Part shown: positions 28,319 to 40,170 of the stretch, piece by piece
Numbering within the stretch: the stretch's first letter is position 1
Layout of the letters: every line of letters starts with the position of its first letter
Assembly: GCA_951406725.2 (NCBI GenBank)
Contig: OX597818.1
Location: 57,412,001-57,476,000, forward strand
Length of the DNA stretch: 64,000 nucleotides
DNA from: Octopus vulgaris
Lineage: Eukaryota
Direction of reading: 5' to 3'
Notes under the pieces: model-generated
What the model was told of the DNA's origin: nothing
The model's database searches: none
What the model saw: the letters and a program-made list of their open reading frames with translations, nothing else
Program-made: the position numbers and the translations under genes

Positions 28319-28737
28319 AGGCGCAGGAGTGGCTGTGTGGTAAGTAGCTTGCTAACCAACCACATGGTTCCGGGTTCAGTCCCACTGCGTGGCATCTTGG
28401 GCAAGTGTCTTCTGCTATAGCCCCGGGCCGACCAATGCCTTGTTAGTGGATTTGGTAAACGGAAACTGAAAGAAGCCTGTCGTATATATGTATACATATA
28501 TATATGTATGTGTGTCTGTGTTTGTGTGTCTGTGTTTGTCCCCCTAGCATTGCTTGACAACCGGTGCTGGTGTGTTTACGTCCCCGTCACTTAGCGGTTC
28601 GGCAAAAGAGACCGATAGAATAAGTACTGGGCTTACAAAGAATAAGTCCTGGGGTCGATTTGCTCGACTAAAGGCGGTGCTCCAGCATGGCCGCAGTCAA
28701 ATGACTGAAACAAGTAAAAGAGTAAAAGAGTAAAGAG
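28319..28737 (+). mobile_element. SINE family B, full length
   Basis: Head GGCGCAGGAGTGGCTGTGTGGTAAG...GGGTTCAGTCCC; (GTAAAAGA)n tail. Confidence 0.9.
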
Positions 28738-29824
28738 TATATTTTGTATATATGATTACATCAGCTTACGGGCGCAATAAAATGGTCTCACGAGCGCAAT
28801 TGTTCCCGCGGGCGAGATTTTCACCATCCCTGGTCTAAATGAAAGTTTTAGATGGAAAAATAGGGGATGAAATAACATTTCAAGCATGGCTCTATGTCGG
28901 ATAGAGAAAAAAATCCAAAGAGAAAGAAGAAGAAGCAGATAGACTGAATATATATCTCAAATTGTGTAAATGAGAAAAGAAATACGACTAACCTAACATT
29001 GTGACCCAATATGATCGCAATTCATTGAGCATAACGAATAAAATTTTCACAGGTACTGACACACACGTATCTCTATCTATCTATCTATCTATCTACAGAT
29101 AGATATAAGTAGATATAGACTGATTGATTGAAAAATAGATATGTACTTAGACAGACATCAGACAGATGAATGCATTCGTAAGTACATATTTTCATACGTT
29201 CATAAAGTCATGCTTATGGTGAATCGTTGTACATATACAGTTATAGAGATCTACATACACAGAGGAATATTTACATTCAAAAGTTTATGAACGTTATGAA
29301 AAAATAAAAACATTCCTTTTATCGTTTTCATAACAACTGACTGCTAATCTCCGAAAATGGTTCGTATTCTGTAGACAGAAAACCATTAAAATAATTGATA
29401 AGGAAAAATTATGCCTCTATCAGAGAAAAAGTTCTATAGCTTACAATTTTTAGGGAACAAAGCTTTGTACAAATGACAGAAATACAAAGAAAACTGATTA
29501 TATATAACGCTTTGAAATGAAATAATATTTTAGAAGTGGTCTAATTAAATGTTTAAACTTGCATCGAAAGCCGAAACAATGGGTCCTATATTTTTCTGAG
29601 TCGTAAATAAATAAAACCAAATAAAAATCGCGAATATTTTCAAAATAGTTATTTAGTTTAATGTTAACGTTGTATGAAAGTTTAGTGGAAGGCAGAATAG
29701 CTAAGCTTTTTTTTATTGTGGTTTTGATGTTTGCAATATTCAATTACTTAAGTACATATGCACAATGTAACGGGTTTTCTCAAAGAAAATAAAGTAGAAC
29801 GAAATAAAAACAGATATTGTTTAC

Positions 29825-29933
29825 TCGTATTCTTCGTATTCAAACTAATATACAAAATCCTCCGGAAGCTTAAACTACCAGTTAAAGTTTTTTCTTTGTC
29901 TGAATATCGTATTTTGGATACGGGCGTTTTGTT
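29825..29933 (-). CDS. Speculative internal exon NKTPVSKIRYSDKEKTLTGSLSFRRILYISLNTKNT
   Basis: AG acceptor in phase with the donor at 31110; loose resemblance to PTB beta strands. Confidence 0.2.
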
Positions 29934-30514
29934 CTATTGAATTAACTTACAGTAGAGGAAGATTTTAATATCTAATTGAAAATATAAGCTCTCTAAAACT
30001 TATAAGCGTTTGTCAGCAGTAGACTCGCATGCGGTATTATTAAATGGTATAAAAAAAGTAATATCCAACGTCATGCTAGGTAGATACTGTTGATTATTAA
30101 AATATATACCATCAAGAGAGAAAGTAATATTTGTAAGATAATACAATATCTGTAGGATATTAGAATATCTATAGTATACAACAATAACGAAATGAAAAAA
30201 AATTAGAGAAAATGTTTGATGATGTATTTACATTGCAGCTGAACAAAGTTTCGAGTATGTTTAAAATACATTGACTTCAAATTGATAAATAAAAACAAAT
30301 AAACTGAGAAAATAATTATAGCACAATGCCGTTATTATAGGAAGGCACAAGATTCAGAATAAGAAATATTCTCATATGTGAATATTTCATAAGACTCTTG
30401 GAATAACGTTTATATTCTGAGGTCACTGATGTTACAACCAAAGAGAAAATATATCAAACTCGACTCACAAAGACCCCTAAAAAGGCATCATTCGAAAGAC
30501 TGTTTGCTAACATA

Positions 30515-30862
30515 TTATTTCCTACTCTAGGCACAAGGCCCCAGTACGGAACTGGTACTTAATTTATCAAGAATGAAAGGCAAAGTCGACCTAGGCGGAA
30601 TTTGAACTGAGAATGTAAAGACAGACGATATACCTATTTCTTTACTACCCACAAGGGGCTAAACACAGAGGGGACAAACAAGGACAGACAAACGGATTAA
30701 GTCGATTATATCGACCCCAGTGCGTAACTGGTACTTATTTAATCGACTCCGAAATGATGAAAGGTAAAGTCAACCTCGGCGGAATTTGAATTCAGAACGT
30801 AGCGGCAGACGAAATACCGCTGGACATTTCGTCCAGCGTGTCATCGTTTCTGCCTTTTCGCC
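30515..30862 (-). mobile_element. SINE family A dimer
   Basis: Matches consensus. Confidence 0.8.
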
Positions 30863-31109
30863 TGTTCACTAACATATTGCAACCACTATCAGATTGAGTT
30901 CTAGCTCACCGATCTGCTCTGCAGTTATACAACGCATACTACTTCTCTGAACCAGAAAGTTGTTTACCACCTTCCTCCATGCCGTTTCGAATCAAACTAG
31001 TTTTCAATTCTATTTTATCGAATTTCAAATTTTTATACTAAGCATATATCTATAGGCCTTGTCCAGAAATAAAATCATACAAAACATATTTTACTTGACA
31101 TGGACTTAC

Positions 31110-31176
31110 CTTAGTCAGTGATACTCTCTTTTTCACTGGTTCGTGGGGTGATATTCTGACATAGGTCCTTGTACAT
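31110..31176 (-). CDS. Speculative exon fragment ...TRTYVRISPHEPVKKRVSLTK with consensus donor AAG|GTAAGT
   Basis: Strong donor at 31109/31110; open frame back to the AT-repeat cassette; no clear acceptor. Confidence 0.25.
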
Positions 31177-31296
31177 CGAAAATTTTACACAAAAATTTTT
31201 CGAAAATTTTCGCCCAAAAATTTTTCGTAAATTTTCAATGAAAATTTTACCAAAAAATTTTTCGAAAATTTTCACGGAAAATTTTCCCCAATGGAT

Positions 31297-31443
31297 TTCC
31301 ATACTTTGTGATTTTGACACTACTGGCTTTCCATACTTTGTGATTTTGGCACCGCTGGCCTTCCATACTTTGTGATTTTGGCACCGCTGGCCTTCCATAC
31401 TTAGTGATTTTGGCGCCGCTAGCTTTCCATACTTTGTGATTTT
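31297..31443 (+). repeat. 32-bp tandem array TTCCATACTTTGTGATTTTGGCACCGCTGGCC, ~4.6 copies
   Basis: Units start at 31297, 31329, 31361, 31393 and 31425. Confidence 0.95.
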
Positions 31444-31757
31444 CCCGAAAAATTTTCGACAAAAATTTTCGGTTAAAATTCTCGGTGAAAATTTTTGGAT
31501 AGAAATTTTTGAGGAAAATTTTCGAAAAATTTCGGTGAAAATTTTTGGATAGAAATTTCTGGTGAACATTTTCAAAAAATTTTTGGTGAAAATTTTCGAA
31601 AAATTGTTGGGTAAAATTTTCAGTGAAAATTTTTGAAAAATTTGTGGGTAAAATTTTTGGTGAAAAGTTTCGGTGAAAACTTTCGAAAAATTTTGGGGTA
31701 AAATTTTTGGTGAAAATTTTCGAAAACTTTTTGCGTAAAATTTTCGATTAAAATTTT

Positions 31758-31916
31758 CGTCGGAGGAGGCACGCGCGTATACGAACAGCCGCCGACCGGC
31801 CGAGCCCTAGTCGCTCGCCTCAGATTTTGGCACGCCGATTCGTCTTCTTTTTTCCGCTTGGCGGCGGCTACTTCCCGAACTGCCGCGCTTCGTTTTTAAA
31901 CGTGTGTCGTCGGTGA
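31758..31916 (+). other. GC-rich putative 5' ETS fragment of rDNA
   Basis: Lies directly upstream of the 18S 5' end; sharp GC/CpG rise. Confidence 0.6.
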
Positions 31917-31988
31917 TACCTGGTTGATCCTGCAAGAAGTCATATGCTTGTCTCAAAGCTTAAGCCATGCAAGCGTAAATTCATACCG
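31917..31988 (+). rRNA. 18S rRNA 5'-end fragment (~70 nt, pseudogenic)
   Basis: TACCTGGTTGATCCTGCaAGaAGTCATATGCTTGTCTCAAAGcTTAAGCCATGCA is the universal eukaryotic 18S start with a few substitutions; truncated. Confidence 0.93.
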
Positions 31989-32070
31989 TAAATTTTTGGG
32001 TAAAATTTTAGGTGAAAATTTTCGGGAAATTTCTAGGTAAAATTTTTGGGTAAAATGTCGGTGAAAATTG

Positions 32071-32188
32071 CAAAACTCACAAAGTATGGAAGGCCAGCGG
32101 TGCCAAAATCACAAAGTATGGAAGTCCAGCGGTGCCAAAATCACAAAGTATGGAAAGCCAGCGGTGCCAAAATCACAAAGTATGGAAA
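32071..32188 (-). repeat. 32-bp tandem array, inverted orientation, ~3.7 copies
   Basis: CCAAAATCACAAAGTATGGAA units. Confidence 0.95.
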
Positions 32189-32436
32189 TATATTGGGGAA
32201 AATTTTCGTGAAAATGAAAAAAAAAATTTGGGGGGAAAATTTTCGAAAAATTTTTAGGGAAAAGTTTGGGTGAAAATTTTCGAAAAATTTTTGGGGAAAG
32301 TTATCGGTTAAAATTTTCGAAAAGTATTTGGATAAAATTTTCGAAAAATTTTTTGGATAAAATTTTCTGAAAATTTTCGAAAATTTTTTGGGTAAAATTT
32401 TTCGAAAATTCTCACCGAAAATTTTCACCAATGGCT

Positions 32437-32554
32437 TTCCATACTTTGTGATTTTGGCACCGCTGGCTTTCCATACTTTGTGATTTTGGCACCGCTGGCC
32501 TTCCATACTTTGTGATTTTGGCACCGCTGGCCTTCCATACTTTGTGATTTTGGC
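32437..32554 (+). repeat. 32-bp tandem array, ~3.7 copies
   Basis: Units start at 32437, 32469, 32501 and 32533. Confidence 0.95.
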
Positions 32555-33081
32555 AATTTTCACAGACATTTTACCCAAAAATTTTTCGATAATTTTCACC
32601 GAAAATTTTTCGAAAGTTCTCACCGAATATTTTCCCCTAAAATTTTCACCGAAAATTCTACCCCAAAATTTTTCGAACATTTTAACCGCAAATTTTACGC
32701 AAAAATTTTTCGAAAATTTTACCCAAAAATTTTCACCGAAAATTTTCCCCCAATACGTGAGCGTTTGTAGATTTTATATATGTGTATGTATGTGAATGTA
32801 TAAATGTGTGTGTGTGTTTGTGCCCGCGCGCGCATATATTCGTGTATGTGTCCGAGTGTTGAATGTTAAAGTCCAGCTAAGGATAATCATACGTGTAACC
32901 AACCATGAAGAACAAATCAACAGTGTAAAGAAATAAAATATCAATCTCTTTAAAACGGCAACCACTTTAAGGGTACGAGAACCACCATCCTACTACATTT
33001 ACTTTAAAAGGTGGAGCTCCAGTATGTCCGCAGTCAAATGACTGAAACAAATGAAAGAATAGAATATATATATATGCATGC

Positions 33082-33141
<60 letters not shown>

Positions 33142-33297
33142 GGAGAGAGAAATAGAGAGGGGGTTATGAGAGGTAGTGGTGTCAGGTAATGTTGAATAAT
33201 TCCTATGGATGGACCATAGTTAAGTTCCAGATTCGGTGATTATGCGAATAAGGGGTCGAACTTAGGTCATATATCTGTGTATATAAATTTTTTTCAC

Positions 33298-33710
33298 CGT
33301 AATATGTATACATATATATATGTATGTGTGTGTGTTTGTGTGTCTGTGTTTGTCACCCTAGCATTGCTTGACAACCTGTGCTGGTGTGTTTACGTCCCCG
33401 TCACTTAGCGGTTCGGCAAAAGAGACCGATAGAATAAGTACTGGGCTTACAAAGAATAAGTCCCGGGGTCGATTTGCTCGACTAAAGGCGGTGCTCCAGC
33501 ATGGCCGCAGTCAAATGACTGAAACGAGTAAAAGAGTAAAGAGTATATTTTGTATATATGATTACTTCAGCTTACGGGCGCAATAAAATGGTCTCACGAG
33601 CGCAATTGGTCCCGCGGGCGAGATTTTCACCATCCCTGGTCTAAATGAAAGTTTTAGATGGAAAAATAGGGGATGAAATAACATTTCAAGCATGGCTCTA
33701 TGTCGGATAG
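33298..33710 (+). repeat. Direct duplicate of 28481-28904 (3' half of SINE B plus ~165 bp of non-SINE flank)
   Basis: The flank ...CAGCTTACGGGCGCAATAAAATGG...CTCTATGTCGGATAG is present in both copies. Confidence 0.9.
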
Positions 33711-34242
33711 GTTAAATGCATATATAAATATGCATTTTTGCCTTTCTCTTTGATATAACATTGGTGGCGTGGAGAGAGGAGGCTGGTATGTATGGGCGAC
33801 TGCTGGTCTTCCATAAACAACCTTGTCCGGACATGTACCATGGAGGGTAACTTTCTAGGTTCAATCCCATGGTCATTCATAACCGAAGGGGGTCTCAGCA
33901 AATATGCATTAGGGAATGGAGTAGATAAAATTTGATCCACTTGATTCCCTAATTTGGGATTTCTATTCACATAGACAGCAAAACCTCCTCTTAACTTTAA
34001 GCTGCAAAATAATTGTTTTAGCGGGAAAAATTTACAACCTTCTGCCTCAATAAACCATGATTGTTGCTGAAAGTTGTTTTATATACATTCTACGGACTGC
34101 TCGAAACTTACTATCTTCCTACGCCTTGATCCTTGGATCTTACCTTTACACACACACGTGTATACACATACGTGCATTCACACATACATACATATATATT
34201 TGCATACATATGATGTGGTGCAATACTAATAGAGATGAATAA

Positions 34243-34473
34243 GGCGGCGGGCTGGCAGAACCGTTAGCGCGCCGGGCGAAATGCTTAGTGGTATTTCGTC
34301 TGTCGCTACGTTCTGAGTTCAAATTCCGCCGTGGTCGACTTTGCCTTTCATCCTTCCGGGGTCGATTAAATAAGTACCAGTTACGCACTGGGGTCGATAT
34401 AATCGACTTAATTCGTTTGTCTGTCCTTGTTTGTCCCCTCTGTGTTTAGCCCCTTGTGGGTAGTAAAAAAATA
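34243..34473 (+). mobile_element. SINE family A
   Basis: TSD AATACTAATAGAGATGAAT. Confidence 0.9.
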
Positions 34474-35389
34474 AATACTAATAGAGATGAATTATTTAAT
34501 TTTTTTTATACTGTGGGAACGAATTAGTTGTGTGCAATGAATTCGACATTCCAAATTACTTGGAATCATATAAACATCGACAATATGGAAAAAATACTAA
34601 AAAACACTTCATATTAATAATTTAGTTGATTAATTTTTCGTTTTTTCTTTTTACTTAATTATAGTTTTGCATCATATCAACCTTGTCAATATTTGTTAAT
34701 GTTTTGTAAAATATAATAGTGTCGTATGACAGAAAGCAACATTAGATTTAGACAGTTGGTGAACGTGGTTAGTGAAGATAGGCTAGACGGCTAACTCGAC
34801 GTCCATGTGTCAGCTTTTCAAAACATTAACATCAAATATTCACCAATGGTAATATCTAAAACAATGAGTGATTTTGAAAATAAAACACCTGTGAAAACAT
34901 TGACAAAAATGTAATCGATATTAAACAGCCAAACGAAAAAACAAATCTGTATTGTCTTTAATGTAAATCTTTTATGAGACCCCCCACATCGATGTGTCAA
35001 CTCCATACATCGTATTTCGTTATTTATAATTTAGAGAGGAGGATAGGAAAGTAGAATAAAGTGTTCGTTTTCTTTCCATTTGATACGACTATTTATTTCA
35101 TAAGTGAGGATTAAAAAGTTCAATATTTGCTGCATTTTTTAAAAAGACTCAATTAATTATGTAACTCACTGACAATTTTACTCCTCGACGAACGGAGATT
35201 TTGCATAGAACTTCATTAATTATAAAATGTTTGACATATATTGTCTGCACTTCTTAAAAATACAATTAAATTTCTTTAAGATGGAATAAGGGTTAGATTC
35301 TTTTTGTTGGTAAAATACATCAGTGACCTGAAGTTCGAATCTGTCAAGACGTACCAAGGATAACAGATGCATAATTGTATAGATAGTAA

Positions 35390-35825
35390 GGCGGCGAGCT
35401 AGCAGATACGTTAGTACGCAGGGCGTAATGCTTAGCGGCATTTCGCCTGCCGTTACGTTCTGAGTTCAAATTCCGCCGAGGCCGACTTTGCCTTTCATCC
35501 TTTCGGGGTCGATAAATTAAGTACCAGTTACGCACTGGGGTCGATATAATCGACTTAATCTGTTTGTCTGTCCTTGTTTGTCCCCTCTGTGTGTACCCCC
35601 TTGTGGGTAGTAACGAAATAAGAAATTTTAGTACGCCGGGCGAAATACTTAGCATTATTTCGTCTGTCTTTATGTTCTGAGTTCAAACTTCACCGAGGTC
35701 GACTTTGGCTTTCATCGTTTCGGGATCGATAAATTACGTACCTCTTACGTATTGGGGTAGATCTGTGCGACTGGACCCTCCTCCCAAATTACAGGCTTTG
35801 TGCGTGTAGTAGAAAAGATTATTAT
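35390..35825 (+). mobile_element. SINE family A dimer
   Basis: Matches consensus. Confidence 0.85.
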
Positions 35826-35879
35826 ATAGATACTTATTGTACTGTCAGAATTCAATGAATTATGATCCACTTGGCAGAC

Positions 35880-36470
35880 ATCTGAACGCACCAGCAAATT
35901 ACCTGTTTGCTTATTATAAAAAAGCGCTCGTGTTCCTGCTTATAGGTGGGAAGTCTTTGGCTGAGGAATCGTACATCGTGGTCAAAACACTGCGGTGTCA
36001 CGAAGTCCCCTGTCACTGGTAAACCACTGAATACTGTTTGGCGATGTGTGTTAATGACATACATTGACTATGAAAGAGGTGTTCTCCGGTGGCGAAAAAT
36101 GACAAATCTGATATTCCCGTTCGAATGTGCCAGACGGTATTTATAATGAATATATAGGCAACAGTCCTGAGGGCCAGCTATTTGATTTGGTTGGAAAAGA
36201 ATGACGAAGTCCTGGTTGGAGAAATGATGGGTGGATGTGAGACGGGTAACTGTTTGTCTATATGGCAAGTCTCACATACACCACCCCACAGTTTGAATGG
36301 TGATGATGATCCTGAATGAGTCAGCCGAGGGTCGGTACACTGCGAAGAAGATATCGAAAAAGTGCGAATTCTCTGCTGGTGAACCCTGACTCATGCTGAC
36401 GTCGGTTATGTGAGGTTTTCAACCGACTGCGCTTGCACAAACAAATTGTTTCCAAGTCTCCGTAATTATA
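35880..36470 (-). pseudogene. Possible very decayed Tc1-like transposase
   Basis: Only scattered resemblance (e.g. HRRTPL ~ GRTPL); many stops. Confidence 0.2.
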
Positions 36471-38285
36471 TCATACTCACATTTTCTCAAAAAAAAAAAA
36501 AAAACAGAAACAAAAATTGAAATATGAATTGTTTCACATGTGGCCGTAATTGGTTCCAAAAATTACTAGCTTGGTAATGTATTTAGATCTCGATGATTCT
36601 GGAATAAAATAAAATTAAAGAAGCCCCGAAACACTGTAGGAATATAACTAGCATTAATCTTAATCACAACGGCTGAAAAACACAAACATGTCCAAGTTAT
36701 TATGGAAAATAAATGAAAAATTCATATAAATGATAAAAGATATTGTTTCATTATTTAATAAAAAAATCGGAATGTCGGTCCATGAAATTTATAAATTATA
36801 ATTGAAACAATGAAGAAGTGTCTATGTAATCGTTCATTTTATGAGATACAGCAGTAAAATGTCTCTCAAAGTTCGTATTGCTTCTTTGAAGAAAATGGAC
36901 GCATTGGTTAGTCTAGTAGGAGCGGAGTGGTTACGTCTTGAATGCTTTTGGACATAGCGTATGCTGGTTCAAGTCGTATAGTGCGTTAAATCACAACACT
37001 AAGATATTTGAGATTTGTTCTCTCTCCATATATAAAGGAAGACACCGCACCCAGAAAAGAATCATAATCACAAGTTCTATATCACTGTTTTAATCTTTTA
37101 CTTGTTTCAGTCGTTGAATTGCAGCCCCACTGGAGCACCGCCTTGAAGGGTTTTAAGAAAAGAAATCGGACCCCGGCACAACTATTTGTTTTTTTTGTTT
37201 TTAGCCTAGTGCATATAATAGAAGACTACTTTGTTGAAAAGCTGTTATGTGAACGTTAATAAAACAATACCGGTTGTCAAGCGGTGGGAGGGAATAACAC
37301 AGGCATTAAAACACATACATAGACACACACGCACGCACACGTACATACACGTATATGTAGGATGGGCTCATAAGGCAATTGGTCGCCTGAGGATATTAGA
37401 AGTTTAGCAACAGATGGGCTAAAAGGAGATTTGGAGCGATTACATTAAACGAGGCTGAACGTATCATTTCAGAACATTAATAATTTACACCACGCGTATA
37501 GATTATGAATGTTCAGTTAACCTCAACCATGTTCCATTCACATACCTTTAATAGATCTAAAGCAGTGGTAGAAGACGTACAGCCGAGATCCTACGGACTG
37601 CGATTGAAGCCATTATCAGGATGTTGTAAAGAGAGCTTCTCCACCAAATTGTGTTTGCCAAATCTAGATAAATTCAGAAGCCTCACAACACACCCTACAT
37701 TGAGCATGAACTATGAACAACTCACAGCTCTGTGAACTTTGTGAGAAACGTATTGCAATTTCCAGATCTTATATCACTAAACAGTTAATATAATTTAATA
37801 TATTTGACTTTATTTTACCTTCTCTTACAACATGAATAAATCATTTTGTACAACAATGGAAACCGATAGCATAATTTGATAAAAAAAAGCAAATATTTTC
37901 TCAAAACATTTTCTTCAGTTTTATAATATATATATTTATGTGTTTTTCATTCATCCATCCATCCATCCATCCATCTGTCCGTCTGTCTGTTTGTCTGTCA
38001 ATCAGATTTCCAGATTATTAACGCTATGTCCCTGTCGCAATCTGTCTGGAGTCTCACTGTTTATCGCTGATGAATTTAGTTTAGGAAATCTGTATGTAAG
38101 AATTAGAACATATGCCGCTTGCCATACCGACTGCCACCGCAAGAATCGTGTGTTTCACACCTTTTTACCTACACCGAAAAAAATGGCAAATAAGTATGTT
38201 GACTTCGCAGGTAATTGCTTTCCGAGTGCAGAGACTCGAAAGAAATAAAATGATTCACTATAACGACACTAAAGTTCACATACAG

Positions 38286-38336
<51 letters not shown>

Positions 38337-38389
38337 TATATAAAACAATAATAAATCTCTGAACGAGATATAAACAGTAACTGCTCGAC

Positions 38390-38771
38390 AACGTAAGGGG
38401 GATCAGCCATCTGAATGTGGCTAGGGACAGGGCGGGGTGGTGGGGGTGTTACCGATGCTTTTAGCCCCAGGCGATCATCAACGTTACCAGAAGGACTGAC
38501 ACCATATCAGTGTCCTTGTTTGCCTGTAAAGGGAGGTCATCCTCCCTCGAAGATACACGTTGATAAGAGGCAATGACCTCGAAACCGGTCCGTATGTAGT
38601 ATCTGTATCTTCGAGGGAGGATGACCTCCCTTTACAGGCAAACAAGGACACTGAAATGGTGTCAGTCCTTCTGGTGACGTTGATGATCGCCTGGGGCTAA
38701 AAGCATCAGTAACACCCCCACCACCCCGCCCTGTCCCTAGCCACATTCAGATGGCTGATCCCCCTTACGTT
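38390..38771. mobile_element. Near-perfect 168-bp fold-back with a hammerhead in the loop
   Basis: 38390-38557 vs 38604-38771, ~3 mismatches by eye; right end abuts (TA)n. Confidence 0.9.
38554..38598 (+). ncRNA. Minimal type I hammerhead ribozyme, U3-A8 core variant
   Basis: ACG TTGATAA GAGG-CAATGA-CCTC GAAAC CG GTC CGT. Helix I ACG/CGT; helix II GAGG/CCTC; helix III palindrome ACCGGT; GUC triplet. Confidence 0.7.
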
Positions 38772-38887
38772 ATATATATATATATATATATAAGGTTAAT
38801 CCAAACGGGAAAACAGAAAAAACAACAACACGTGGAACAATTACAGTATTATTATTATTAGGCGCTCAGGAAAATGGAAGAAGGAGG

Positions 38888-38922
38888 GTATGACGTTTCG
38901 AGCGGAGCTCTTCGTCGGAAAC
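38888..38922 (-). ncRNA. Degenerate minimal hammerhead (Penelope pLTR-like fragment)
   Basis: Minus strand: GTTT CCGACGA A GAGC-TCC-GCTC GAAAC GTC; U4->C change in the core. Confidence 0.5.
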
Positions 38923-39030
38923 ATAAGAGAAAGAAAGAAAGATCCCGAGATATTGATAAAATGGTAAGAGAACAAAAGAATGAAAGAGACCTCGATATTA
39001 TGTAAACAGAGGAATTTATCTGTAAATGTC

Positions 39031-39256
39031 ATATGTGACAACTATTCCGTAGCTATGATATAACTCCGAGTTTCGGATGCCGAGGTGGAAAACCACGCCA
39101 CCATCTCTTCAGTTATCCGGCCATCGGAAAAATACTTGGTAATTTTTCATAGTATTTTTCTGACGGCCGGATAACTGAAAAGATAGCGGCGTGGTTTTCC
39201 GCCTCGGCATCCGAAACTCGGAGTTTTATCATGGCTACCGAATAAATGTCACATAT
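39031..39256. mobile_element. Fold-back element with a hammerhead motif in each arm
   Basis: Arms 39031-39135 and 39151-39256. Minus arm: GATAA CTGAAGA...GAAAC TCGGA GTT ATATC. Plus arm: GATAA CTGAAAA...GAAAC TCGGA GTT TTATC. Confidence 0.75.
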
Positions 39257-39311
<55 letters not shown>

Positions 39312-39411
39312 ACATGAATAAAGAGAAAACACAACAACGCGTGGACGTGGAACAAGTATAGTGTTCAGGAAAGGAAAGAAAGGACGCTCAGGAAAGGAAA
39401 GAAAGGAGGAG

Positions 39412-39447
39412 AATTTAATGTTTCGAGCGGAGCTCTTCCTCAGACAT
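39412..39447 (-). ncRNA. Minimal hammerhead core (Penelope pLTR-like fragment)
   Basis: Minus strand: CTGAGGA A GAGC-TCC-GCTC GAAAC ATTA; helix I poor. Confidence 0.5.
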
Positions 39448-40119
39448 ATATAGAAAAGTCCAAAGAAGAGAAGATGGAGAAAGGAAATCGCCAACGATAC
39501 ACACGCGGTCACATATTGATATATATTGAAATTTTAGTTCTTTATAAAAAAAATAAAATCTTTATTCTGTTCATATATTTAATTGTAAGATAGAAAGTAA
39601 AATTTAATGAAATGTATTAAAATAAATTTAAAGTGCCTACGTGATTACTGTAATCCTACTTTGGGGCCACACTGTATGTGTATAAAATATATACATATAT
39701 ATATATGTGTGTGAGTGTGTGTGTGTGTTTATATATATATATATATATACATACATATATACGTGTTTGTATGTATATACATATATTAGTGTGTGAATAC
39801 ATATATACGTGCGTATATATAAATGTGTGTGTACACATATATATATATTTATCTGTTATTAAACTTTTAATACTTTTGATATTTATATAAAAAAAATTAA
39901 TTAATTAATAAAATAATATATAAATATAAAAACATACATACATACAAACATATATATATATATTTGTATATATATATTTAAAATTTATAAGTTTAAATTA
40001 TTTAAATAATTTTTTAATTTTCAAATTTTATATTTTTAAATTAATTTTATGTATTGGCTTCTGTTTTTCACTGTTTGATTTGCCTAATAGTGGTTTTATC
40101 TCTAATTTAATTCAATTCA

Positions 40120-40170
<51 letters not shown>

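Noticed and set aside
31917-31988. Functional 18S gene
   Set aside because: Only ~70 nt, with substitutions at conserved positions.
31297-32554. 32-bp repeats as a CRISPR array
   Set aside because: Units are contiguous with no unique spacers, there are no cas genes, and the context is eukaryotic.
31111-32680. KIF/KYG-repeat ORFs
   Set aside because: They arise from AT modules and a 32-bp unit that shifts frame with each copy.
37940-38248. 102-aa plus-strand ORF with AG/GT borders
   Set aside because: No recognisable domain, starts in a microsatellite, and has no partner exons.
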